This document shows positions 8,857 to 16,442 of a stretch of 41,938 bases of DNA, piece by piece; within the stretch, counting starts at the first letter, position 1; each line of letters begins with the position of its first letter. The notes below the pieces were generated by a model. It was not told the origin of the DNA and made no database searches. It saw only the letters and a list, made by a program, of their open reading frames with translations. This stretch comes from a virus, in UHGV virus genome UHGV-0203144. One strand, given 5' to 3'. Made by a program: the position numbers and the translations under genes.

Positions 8857-9222
8857 TCAGATCAGATCGTCAAGGTTGAGGTTCAGCGCCTTACCGGCGC
8901 CCGAAGCTTCTTCTTCGGCTTCATATCGGGACATGCGTATTTTCATGTTGAATTCAATAACGCATCCGGGGAACCAGAACTGTGCCGCCCGCTTGTATAC
9001 TTCAAAGTCCGATATGCTTGTCCCGCAGCCCTTGACGCACGCTTCAAGACAGTCCTTCGGTGTCTTGTCGGACTGCACTACGGCCTGCGCGAACTCCTCG
9101 CTCTGGCTGCAGAATTCGCACAGCGCATCCGCCACATAGCTTTTTACGGCTTCGGCATGCTGCGACAGTCCCGCGGGCTTAGCAAAGTCCTTCTTAATTT
9201 TCTCAATTGCTTCCTGTTTCAT
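8857..9222 (-). CDS. PcfK-like protein
   Basis: FAQAV..SDKT..DC...ISD.EVYKRA.QFW; adjacent to pcfJ-like gene. Confidence 0.65.
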   Translation of the reverse strand: MKQEAIEKIKKDFAKPAGLSQHAEAVKSYVADALCEFCSQSEEFAQAVVQSDKTPKDCLEACVKGCGTSISDFEVYKRAAQFWFPGCVIEFNMKIRMSRYEAEEEASGAGKALNLNLDDLI

Positions 9223-9401
9223 TTTCGCCTGCTCCCTCTTTCCTGTTTTGATAATCTTTCCGTTTTGTCATAGTCATAGCGGTAGAGCATGAGACGCTCA
9301 GAATATGTAAGCCTGTCCTTCGCGCGGTACCGTGTGCATCCGGGGCGCCGGTCCCGGCAAAACATGGCGTGCAGGCACGTCCCGCAGCGCCGCATGCTCA
9401 T
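9219..9401 (-). CDS. Small Cys-rich protein (60 aa)
   Basis: MSMRRCGTCLH..C..C; ATGA overlaps at both ends. Confidence 0.6.
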   Translation of the reverse strand: MSMRRCGTCLHAMFCRDRRPGCTRYRAKDRLTYSERLMLYRYDYDKTERLSKQERGSRRK

Positions 9402-9523
9402 ACCAGACGCTCCAAAAGATTCATTATCCACGCAATGCCGATTATGACCGCGCCCACAACGAGCGCCCCCGCAAGCGCCGCCGCCGCAGAGCACACCGCG
9501 TATTTTATCCTGTCTCTTCTCAT
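9398..9523 (-). CDS. Small membrane protein (41 aa), absent from ORF track
   Basis: MRRDRIKYAVCSAAAALAGALVVGAVIIGIAWIMNLLERLV; overlaps both neighbours by 4 nt. Confidence 0.65.
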   Translation of the reverse strand: MRRDRIKYAVCSAAAALAGALVVGAVIIGIAWIMNLLERLV

Positions 9524-9717
9524 TTGCACATCACCCTCGCAAGCTCGGTCTTAAGTATGTATCTGCCGTCAAAGTATTTGCCGTAGTGTTTGGCGACAGC
9601 CTGATAGCTGATGCCTAAAGCCCTTGTCACATCTCCACGTGACAAAAGCAGCTTGTCCGGACATACCCGGTTCAGCTCTTCAAGGCAGAGCCGATAGCCT
9701 TCTTTTTCTCTTGCCAT
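9520..9717 (-). CDS. Excisionase-like HTH protein (65 aa)
   Basis: LLSRGDVTRALGISYQAV winged-HTH pattern; RBS upstream. Confidence 0.6.
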   Translation of the reverse strand: MAREKEGYRLCLEELNRVCPDKLLLSRGDVTRALGISYQAVAKHYGKYFDGRYILKTELARVMCK

Positions 9718-9752
9718 AACCTTTCTTCCTTTCCTTTTTGTCAGTCTCCGAT

Positions 9753-9953
9753 TTATCTGCCGTTGTCTCTGAGCCACATTCCGTAATCGTCAACGAGATC
9801 GGCGTCTTCGATAAGCTCAAACAGTGTGACGAGCCTTTGCCATCTGACTATTTCAGTGACTTTTTTGTCCGGTCCCGGCTGCGTCTGCTCCAGCCATCTG
9901 TCCCGCGCGTCCGCGCACTTTTCAAACAGCAGCCTTTTCAAGTCCTCTTCCAT
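9753..9953 (-). CDS. Hypothetical protein, paralog of 9975-10244
   Basis: ME.DLK.LLF..C...RD / LI..A.L.D.Y.MWLRD shared. Confidence 0.75.
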   Translation of the reverse strand: MEEDLKRLLFEKCADARDRWLEQTQPGPDKKVTEIVRWQRLVTLFELIEDADLVDDYGMWLRDNGR

Positions 9954-9974
9954 GTGTTACCATACCTTTCCTTG

Positions 9975-10244
9975 TCAGTCGAAGATATATCCGCCCCTGT
10001 CTCTGAGCCACATCTCATACTCGTCCTCAAGCCCTGCGTTATAGATAAGTGTATATAGAGCTTCGTATTGCCCTTGGATTGCAGCTGAAGTGTAATCACA
10101 CTTTATCCTCGCGACTATCCCCGTGTCTGTTGCGATTTTCTGTACCTTGTCCTGCATGAAATTCCGGTTTTTTGACAGCCGACGAGCTTTATCTCGAGTG
10201 CACATGCACTGTATAAACAGCAGCTCTTTCAAGTCTCTTTCCAT
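9975..10244 (-). CDS. Hypothetical protein, paralog of 9753-9953
   Basis: Start MERDLKELLF; shared terminal motifs. Confidence 0.75.
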   Translation of the reverse strand: MERDLKELLFIQCMCTRDKARRLSKNRNFMQDKVQKIATDTGIVARIKCDYTSAAIQGQYEALYTLIYNAGLEDEYEMWLRDRGGYIFD

Positions 10245-10251
10245 CAGCTCA

Positions 10252-10440
10252 TCATACCTTTCCGGCGGCTCGGCGTATCCTCTGCCACTCAAGCGCAAAC
10301 CATATGCGGTATGCCGGGCACGTTCTCCAGTTGGAACAGTTTTCCGGCACTTTTCCGGGGCACTTGCCGCAGGGATACTTTCCGCTCTGCGCCTCGTCCG
10401 TGCGGGTGTAGCTGCGCACGGTGCATACTTTCTTGCTCAC
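10252..10440 (-). CDS. Small Cys-rich protein (62 aa)
   Basis: YPCGKC...C....CPAYRIWF; operonic overlap. Confidence 0.65.
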   Translation of the reverse strand: MSKKVCTVRSYTRTDEAQSGKYPCGKCPGKVPENCSNWRTCPAYRIWFALEWQRIRRAAGKV

Positions 10441-10760
10441 TTTTCGGTCCTCTTCCTGTCTTTCGGGACAACATTATCCACCGTCACAACCTGCTTGCGT
10501 TGCGCTGCCGCTTTTATAATTGCAGCGTCGTTTCCGAGTCTTGCTTCAAGCAAATTCGTCACATGGATTGCGGCTTCGTACGCAAACGCTGTTTTAAAGC
10601 CATTCAGCGGCATTATGGCGTCGAGCATCATGTTGGCGTACTCCAACACTATCTCGTTCGGCAAATCCATTGTTTTCTTGTCAAAATTAGAATCCAGCAG
10701 CCGCTTTTCAAGCTCATCGAGTTTCTTCTCAAGCTCGGGGTTTTCTTTCCGTTTATTCAT
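10437..10760 (-). CDS. Hypothetical protein (107 aa)
   Basis: GGAG RBS, ATGA overlap with cro-like gene. Confidence 0.75.
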   Translation of the reverse strand: MNKRKENPELEKKLDELEKRLLDSNFDKKTMDLPNEIVLEYANMMLDAIMPLNGFKTAFAYEAAIHVTNLLEARLGNDAAIIKAAAQRKQVVTVDNVVPKDRKRTEK

Positions 10761-10975
10761 CTCAAAGTCTCCCCTCCGTTGATCTCACAAAGTATCTTCC
10801 GCGCCTCGCGCAGAATGCGCTGTGCCTTCGTGCTGTGGTACTCTCCCGACAGGGTCTTTGAGAAATACTGCGGGGATATTTCCATTCCCGCCCTCTCTTC
10901 AACCCTGCGGCGAAGCTCGCCGGGGGAGAGCTCCGCGGCTACCATGCCGTAGCGAATGTCCTTGTTTGTGCTCAT
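10757..10975 (-). CDS. Cro-like HTH protein (72 aa)
   Basis: AAAGGAG RBS before MSTNKDIR; HTH-like GELRRRV..ISPQYFSKTLSG; first gene of the operon divergent from the repressor. Confidence 0.7.
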   Translation of the reverse strand: MSTNKDIRYGMVAAELSPGELRRRVEERAGMEISPQYFSKTLSGEYHSTKAQRILREARKILCEINGGETLR

Positions 10976-11002
10976 ATCAGCACTCCTTTCTTTTTTCTGT
11001 AC

Positions 11003-11031
11003 TTGACAGAATTTGTAATTTGTGCTACTAT
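11003..11031 (+). promoter_or_regulatory. Rightward sigma-A promoter, antisense to the early leader
   Basis: TTGACA-17 nt-TACTAT with TG extended -10. Confidence 0.65.
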
Positions 11032-11049
11032 GATATTGCAACGTATCAC

Positions 11050-11435
11050 AGCAGCCGCGCCGAGCGGCTTTCTTTTGCACCCTCTCGGCAAACTTTGCCC
11101 CCAATTCCCGTATAAAGCGGCGCTCGCCACGCCGCCTTATATGGGAAGAAGGTTGTATGAAACACGGCTTTCGCCGGGGTTTCCGGATCGCATCGAAGCG
11201 CCGTAATGGAGAACCGGCGCTCCGATGCCCAACGAGGTATTTTGCACACAGCGGGATGGAACTAACCACTGTGCGCGGCGCAGCTCTCACTGCACCTGTT
11301 TGAAAGGAACCCGCAGCAGGTAATCGCATAACCCTGCCGCGTCCGGGGAGCTCCCCGGAATATTTAAGGAGAAAAAATCATGCGCGTCACCCTACCGTGC
11401 ATGCCTCGGAAGCACCTCACGTTCTGTGCTTCTGG
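11050..11435 (-). ncRNA. Long structured 5' leader / ncRNA of the early operon
   Basis: At least 7 consecutive hairpins; several A-C mismatches on + become G-U pairs on -, and one loop reads GAAA on -. Confidence 0.55.
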
Positions 11436-11439
11436 TAAT

Positions 11440-11534
11440 AGAATATCACTCAAATGAGTGAATGTCAACACGAAAATAACTCTTTTGAGTGAATTTGTAA
11501 GGTTGAACAAAATGTCAATTACTCATTTGGTTAA
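11440..11534. promoter_or_regulatory. Genetic switch: leftward promoter plus three operators
   Basis: Minus TTGACA(11468-11463)-17-TATTCT(11445-11440); operators TCACTCAAATGAGTGA (11446-11461), TAACTCTTTTGAGTGA (11477-11492), TTACTCATTTGGTTAA (11519-11534). Confidence 0.8.
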
Positions 11535-11548
11535 TTTGCGAGGTGCGT

Positions 11549-11881
11549 ATGACATTTATCGACCGTATTGAAAAACTGCTCATTGACACGGGTACGTCAA
11601 AGAAGACAATGCTTAATGATTTGTCATTAAGTATCAATACTTTTTCCAACTGGAAAAACAGAGGCACTATCCCAAGCGGGGAAACGCTTGAAATGATTGC
11701 CGACTACTTTGACGTATCTGTAGATTACCTGCTCGGTAAAACTCCCTCACCGGAAAGGGAGAATATCCCCGAAGACGAAAAAAGGCTCCGCGAACTTCTT
11801 TCCCAGATGTCCGAGGAACAGCTGCAAACAGCTTTAAAAATAATCTCTGCCATTGCAGAGGAGAAAAAACAAGAAGGGTGA
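11549..11881 (+). CDS. CI-like XRE-family repressor lacking an S24 peptidase domain
   Basis: HTH ..LSINTFSNWKNRGTIPSGETLEMIADYFDVSVDYLLG; GAGGTG RBS. Confidence 0.9.
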   Translation: MTFIDRIEKLLIDTGTSKKTMLNDLSLSINTFSNWKNRGTIPSGETLEMIADYFDVSVDYLLGKTPSPERENIPEDEKRLRELLSQMSEEQLQTALKIISAIAEEKKQEG

Positions 11882-13308
11882 TACTGATCATGAGCACGGA
11901 AGCTATTTTTTCCGGAAATTACAATGATATGAGATCGGCAATTGAATTTGCTGCTGACACCTTTGAAGAAAAAGAACTGTTCAATAAATTGTCAAAATGT
12001 TCCGATGAAGCTGACAGCCTCGCGAAAGAGCTTACCGAAATAAACTGTCAAATAGATGATGCGGTCCGTATTAACGGATTTGATGATAAATACCTAAATG
12101 CACTTAAAAGGCAAAAGGAATCAATAAGTGCGTCGTTGAATAATACAGAACAAGAAATTCACCAATGCACAGAAAGCGACACATGTAAGATTTTGCTCAG
12201 CAAAGCGAATACTCTTAAGTCAATTGTCGGTGCCGATTCGGAAAGCGAATTTGTTCAAGAGTATAAAAAAGCTGCCCAAAGGTTGGCTGAACTGGAATTA
12301 CAGCTTGATAAAAACAATTTGCCGGAAACAGAGGCAGCTTTGTCCAAAGTCCATAAGCATATTTCAAAACTTAAAAAAACTACAGCATATTGGAAGGCCG
12401 AAACGGAATGCCATAGAGAAAGTTATTTGCATTCCTGCGATATAGCTTTGAAAGAATCCAAAAAGTCTATTTTAGAGATTTATATAGACGCGCTTGACAG
12501 AAGAATTGATCCGGAACGCATTACTGCTTTTGAATTAAAAAGGACACTGCGTGCAATAAGAGATAAAGAATACGTCTACATTACCCGAAACTTTTATACT
12601 GTTTGCGATTTCATTATATTAGCAACATATTTAGATACAATAATTGCATGCTACCATATTAGAAAGACTAAAGACAATTCCGAGGCGATCAAATATACAT
12701 CAATGATACAAAACGATGTAAAGAACATGCTAAGTTCATGCAGTCTTATGCCAAACGGTGCAGTGATGTATGACGACCGTGTTCAGCTTTACGACGGTAT
12801 CCTTACAGATTTGATAGATAATAGTCGGCCGATATCGGTATTGCCTTTTGCCGCGGTATTCAGCATAGCATTGGCTCACGATTACTCAAAGGATAATTAT
12901 TTACCGCTTAAAAATATATTAGGACAATACAATTTCACATCGGAAATTGATGTCATCCGCTTAGAAGCGTTAGATGCACTTTTCTATGTCGGCGCACCCT
13001 TGATTAAAAACGATAATCTTGAAGAAGAGGACTCTGACGGCAGCGTTATAGATGAAGAAGCCGAGATTAGATCCGCAATCAAACTTGAGAAAAAAAGAAG
13101 ATCTTTGATTGTTATAAAAGCAGTATTTGTATATCTGCTGCTGACTGTCGGTTTTATCGGTGCATGGGTCGGACTTGCACTGCTTGATAATTATATAGGA
13201 ATCAATGGTTTTTTTGTGTTTTTGTTATATACGGCAAGCATAGTAACATTCGGCATTTCTGTTTTTAAATATACAAGATATATTTGCCGTCTGGCGCGCA
13301 GCTGTTAA
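11878..13308 (+). CDS. AT-rich coiled-coil protein with two C-terminal TM helices (lysogenic accessory)
   Basis: 476 aa, heptad-rich N-terminus, two hydrophobic segments at C-terminus, translationally coupled to the repressor. Confidence 0.8.
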   Translation: MILIMSTEAIFSGNYNDMRSAIEFAADTFEEKELFNKLSKCSDEADSLAKELTEINCQIDDAVRINGFDDKYLNALKRQKESISASLNNTEQEIHQCTESDTCKILLSKANTLKSIVGADSESEFVQEYKKAAQRLAELELQLDKNNLPETEAALSKVHKHISKLKKTTAYWKAETECHRESYLHSCDIALKESKKSILEIYIDALDRRIDPERITAFELKRTLRAIRDKEYVYITRNFYTVCDFIILATYLDTIIACYHIRKTKDNSEAIKYTSMIQNDVKNMLSSCSLMPNGAVMYDDRVQLYDGILTDLIDNSRPISVLPFAAVFSIALAHDYSKDNYLPLKNILGQYNFTSEIDVIRLEALDALFYVGAPLIKNDNLEEEDSDGSVIDEEAEIRSAIKLEKKRRSLIVIKAVFVYLLLTVGFIGAWVGLALLDNYIGINGFFVFLLYTASIVTFGISVFKYTRYICRLARSC

Positions 13309-13348
13309 AAAGCCCACTAAAAAATCAATTATAAAGGAGAATAGCAAA

Positions 13349-13687
13349 ATGGGCTTCGGACGTCTTAAGCGAGGTGCAGCCGGGGCAGGATATGTGATAC
13401 TTCAGATAGCTCTGTTCCTCTTCAGTATTTTCCCCATTGCCATGCTCGGTGTGCCGTGGTGGGCAAGGACCCTAATAATCATTGCCAATTATTTTGTAGG
13501 TTCCATGTTCTTTTATCTGCCGGAATTCGCATTGTGGATAATAGCGCTTGTGATTACGATCAACGGCAAACAGGACGGCTTTGCAATTGCGTATTACATA
13601 TGCTTCGGCTTATATGCCCTTGAGTTTGTGGTTTCATTGATTATCGCTCTTGTACAAACTCTTTTGCACCTCAGAGAACGACAGTGA
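13349..13687 (+). CDS. Small polytopic membrane protein
   Basis: AAAGGAG RBS; about 4 hydrophobic segments. Confidence 0.8.
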   Translation: MGFGRLKRGAAGAGYVILQIALFLFSIFPIAMLGVPWWARTLIIIANYFVGSMFFYLPEFALWIIALVITINGKQDGFAIAYYICFGLYALEFVVSLIIALVQTLLHLRERQ

Positions 13688-13708
13688 ATATTCCTGTGGG
13701 ACCATAGA

Positions 13709-13738
13709 AACAGCCCCGCGGCAAACCGCAGGGCTGTT
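13709..13738. terminator. Terminator hairpin between convergent genes
   Basis: AACAGCCCCGCGG-CAAA-CCGCAGGGCTGTT. Confidence 0.7.
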
Positions 13739-13745
13739 CGACCGC

Positions 13746-13877
13746 TCACCTTGTCTCTTTGTCTTGCTTTTCAGCAAACTTCATAACAATACGCATAAGC
13801 TCTATGTACATTTCCCGCTGTGCGGGATCGAGCTTTTGAAAAGTGCGTATAATTCTTCTTATCGTCCTGTCTGTCAT
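13746..13877 (-). CDS. Small protein (43 aa)
   Basis: GAAAGGAG RBS before MTDRTIRRII; divergent from the HTH-TM gene. Confidence 0.6.
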   Translation of the reverse strand: MTDRTIRRIIRTFQKLDPAQREMYIELMRIVMKFAEKQDKETR

Positions 13878-14022
13878 AATATCTCTCCTTTCTTCAGAAA
13901 TTCCGCAGTCCGCCTGCATCGACATTAGCACATTCCCGGAAAAATAGAAACTGACAAGTTTTACCGAAGACCGTCGTTTTTGACGGTCTTCCCGTACAAT
14001 TAGACGAACGGAGTGATCAAAA

Positions 14023-14442
14023 ATGATCGAAACAAAACTTGAAAAGATGAAAGAAGCCTCCGGTATGACATGCACCGAAATAGCGCTTGCCGCCGATCTG
14101 CCCGAAGCGACGGTGCGAAAGGTGCTCACGGGCAAAACGCCCGACCCGCGCTATGACACCCTCTACCGCATAGTAACCGCTATGGGATATACCATGAACG
14201 ACCTCGTCGAATTCGACGTCAAAATTGACTGCGAGGAAGAATCGGAGGAATGCATAAAAATGTTGAAAAGGTTTTATGCGGACCGTCTGCGCGAGCTGCA
14301 CGCCAATTACGCCGGATATCTCCGGTCGCTTAAAAGAGACAAAATGATAATTGCGATAGCTCTCGGAGTTGTGCTTTTCCTTCTGTTTGCCGCAATAATA
14401 ATAGATACCCTCTGCGGAAACATAGGCTGGATAAGACATTAA
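14023..14442 (+). CDS. XRE HTH protein with C-terminal TM helix
   Basis: GMTCTEIALAADLPEATVRKVLTG HTH; IIAIALGVVLFLLFAAIII TM. Confidence 0.85.
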   Translation: MIETKLEKMKEASGMTCTEIALAADLPEATVRKVLTGKTPDPRYDTLYRIVTAMGYTMNDLVEFDVKIDCEEESEECIKMLKRFYADRLRELHANYAGYLRSLKRDKMIIAIALGVVLFLLFAAIIIDTLCGNIGWIRH

Positions 14443-14451
14443 GGAGGAAAC

Positions 14452-15435
14452 ATGAAAAAAAGAAAAGACGGACGGTTCCGCGTATCGGTAACGACAAACG
14501 GCAAACGAAAATACTTCTACGGCGACACTCGCGCCGAAGCATACGAAAAGCTGCAGGCATACGAAAAAGACAAATCCCGCCCGAGAACCTTCGCCGAGAT
14601 CGCCGAGGCATGGCAGGATGAATATTGGGACGGCTTCGCCCCCGGAACAAGAACTTATTACAGGGCAGTGCTCCGCCGCGCTCTTGATACGTTGGGCAAT
14701 ACTGTTGCCGATGATGTAACCCCAATGGACGTACAGAAAATCCTTGAAACGATGAAGCAGCAAAACTACGCGCTTAAAACCGTCAAGGCGCAAAAAGTAG
14801 TTATATCTACCATATATAAACACGGAATGCTGCACGGTATGTGCCGCACAAATCCGGCTACGGCGGCACGGATCCCGCAGAACCTGAGATATACAAAGCG
14901 AGAGCCGCCGTCGGATAAAACTATCGAGAAAATAAAAAAAGATACAAGCTGGCTGTATCCTCAAGTTCTTTTATATACCGGTTGCCGGCGTGGGGAAGCG
15001 CTCGCGCTGACATATGAAGATTTTGATTTTATCAATAATACAGTTAATATAGATAAGGAAGTCCTTGTAGAAAGCTGCGACAGAAAGGTATTGCACAGAA
15101 CAAAAACACACGCGGGTCTGCGAAAGGTCCCTCTTGTCAAAGCATTAAGAGATCAGATCCCGAAAGGCAAAACGGGTGCCATGTTCACCGAGGAGCAGTT
15201 TTCCTTTCAGAAAAAATGGGATACATGGTGCAAGCGTCTTGAAATAGAAGTGACACCGCACCAGCTGAGACATGCGTATGCCACCATGCTGTACGATGCC
15301 GGCGTTGACGTTAAGATCGCGCAGAGGCTTCTCGGACACTCCAGCCTGAAAATGACAATGGACATATATACGCACATCAGAGAGAGCCGCCTCGACGACG
15401 TAGCCGAGCAGCTCAATTCTTTTCTCAATTCGTGA
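14452..15435 (+). CDS. int: Tyrosine recombinase (phage integrase)
   Basis: Arm-binding N-terminus KRKDGRF; catalytic TGCRRGE, TKT, HQLRH, LGH, IYTH. Confidence 0.95.
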   Translation: MKKRKDGRFRVSVTTNGKRKYFYGDTRAEAYEKLQAYEKDKSRPRTFAEIAEAWQDEYWDGFAPGTRTYYRAVLRRALDTLGNTVADDVTPMDVQKILETMKQQNYALKTVKAQKVVISTIYKHGMLHGMCRTNPATAARIPQNLRYTKREPPSDKTIEKIKKDTSWLYPQVLLYTGCRRGEALALTYEDFDFINNTVNIDKEVLVESCDRKVLHRTKTHAGLRKVPLVKALRDQIPKGKTGAMFTEEQFSFQKKWDTWCKRLEIEVTPHQLRHAYATMLYDAGVDVKIAQRLLGHSSLKMTMDIYTHIRESRLDDVAEQLNSFLNS

Positions 15436-15497
15436 CCCCATTTTTGACCCCGCAGAACGTTAAAAACAGGTGAAAACTGGTTAAAAACAAGAAAAAG

Positions 15498-15541
15498 AAA
15501 ACCGCTCAAATCCCTTGAAACCTGAGGATTTAAGCGGTTTT
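15498..15541. terminator. Terminator hairpin beside attP
   Basis: AAACCGCTCAAATCC...GGATTTAAGCGGTTT with U/A tracts on both sides. Confidence 0.75.
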
Positions 15542-15546
15542 CACGT

Positions 15547-15572
15547 TGGCTGGGATAGTTGGACTCGAACCA
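15547..15572 (-). mobile_element. attP core: 3' end of a tRNA, probably tRNA-Gln
   Basis: Minus TGGTTCGAGTCCAACTATCCCAGCCA = T-loop, acceptor strand and CCA; directly downstream of int. Confidence 0.85.
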
Positions 15573-15626
15573 TTACAAAACCCAATCATAACAGGGTATT
15601 ATAAGATTTTGACCCCCTTGAACGTA

Positions 15627-15989
15627 TCAAAACATCTCAACGCAGCGGCGGAGCATTTCGCGCTCGCGGTCATCATCAGCACTGTTCATAAGCTGTATCA
15701 GCTTGCTGCGCGTGTCTCTGCGCCGCCCGCCCTCATCTTCGTCACGGCTGTAATGTCCGCGGACGTAATGCATGTTGCTGTAACCGCCGTCATGACGGTC
15801 GCCCTCTCTGCTGTAGCTGCCCCACGAATCCCGCTCTCCGCTTTTAAGCTTCTCAATCTTGAGAAGATTCTTCAGCGTGTCGGAAAACTTGTGGACTGCT
15901 TCGATATCTGCCATAGACAGATTCTCCTTGTGAGAATAATTCTCCAGCTCGGAGCACAGAGTTTCTTTCAGCCTGTCCATATTTTCCAT
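15627..15989 (-). CDS. Cassette gene 7: charged protein with helical N-terminus and R/G/Y/S-rich region
   Basis: AAGGAGG RBS; YSR/HYVRGHYSR/GRRRD repeats. Confidence 0.8.
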   Translation of the reverse strand: MENMDRLKETLCSELENYSHKENLSMADIEAVHKFSDTLKNLLKIEKLKSGERDSWGSYSREGDRHDGGYSNMHYVRGHYSRDEDEGGRRRDTRSKLIQLMNSADDDREREMLRRCVEMF

Positions 15990-15999
15990 AACGTCCTCC

Positions 16000-16431
16000 T
16001 TACGCTACGCGCTCGACGATAATGTTTGCGTTTTGCACATTTATCGCCTGCGCGCTTGTGTTTTTGACCGAAATCTGCGTGCAGCACCCTCTCGGCACGG
16101 TTATGAATATCCCCTCCGTTATATTCCAGTAATCCCCGACTGCTGCCGGAGTTACAATAGCAGAGGAAGCGGGTACGGCTTCACCGTTTATTGTCAGCGC
16201 CATGGATATAGCGCCGGCAGTTCCGCCGGCAGGCACCGCAATGTTGGCGCCGAAGGTCACTTTGTACCGTGCCGATGCTGCACAGGAGTTGACAATACCG
16301 CGTAAAGTGATAACGCCTGCGCCCTCTCTGTGGATAACATATCCGCGAGTGCAGGGAACCGCCGTTTCAGTAAACAGTACATTGCCGCCGGAAGCTACGT
16401 TCTGAACGGCATTACTTGTATATTCGGGCAT
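16000..16431 (-). CDS. Cassette gene 6: BclA-C / C1q-TNF-like beta-sandwich protein
   Basis: AAGGAGG RBS; QNVASGGNVLF..G.ITL..Y.VTF.AN..L.ING..ISV.N..NANIIVERV pattern. Confidence 0.65.
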   Translation of the reverse strand: MPEYTSNAVQNVASGGNVLFTETAVPCTRGYVIHREGAGVITLRGIVNSCAASARYKVTFGANIAVPAGGTAGAISMALTINGEAVPASSAIVTPAAVGDYWNITEGIFITVPRGCCTQISVKNTSAQAINVQNANIIVERVA

Positions 16432-16442
16432 AGTCCGCCTCC

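Larger units (their letters stand above)
15433..15616 (+). repeat. Putative integrase arm-type sites (TGACCCC x3)
   Basis: Direct repeats at 15433-15439, 15445-15451 and 15610-15616 flanking the att core. Confidence 0.6.

Noticed and set aside
8857..9222. Calling this gene AcrIIA9
   Set aside because: PcfK-like proteins share that family label, but the pcfK-pcfJ context gives no evidence of Cas9 inhibition
10976..11329. 190-aa version of the cro ORF and other ORFs across the leader
   Set aside because: No RBS, low-complexity R/A-rich translation; a strong RBS precedes ATG 10975
11366..11457. AAGGAG plus 25-codon + strand ORF (MRVTLPC...)
   Set aside because: Runs through the operator/promoter, no recognisable features; cannot be supported without ribosome profiling
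14017..14964. 315-aa minus-strand ORF
   Set aside because: Antisense to the HTH-TM gene and the integrase
15547..15572. Complete tRNA gene
   Set aside because: Only the T-loop and 3' acceptor strand are present; it is an att core
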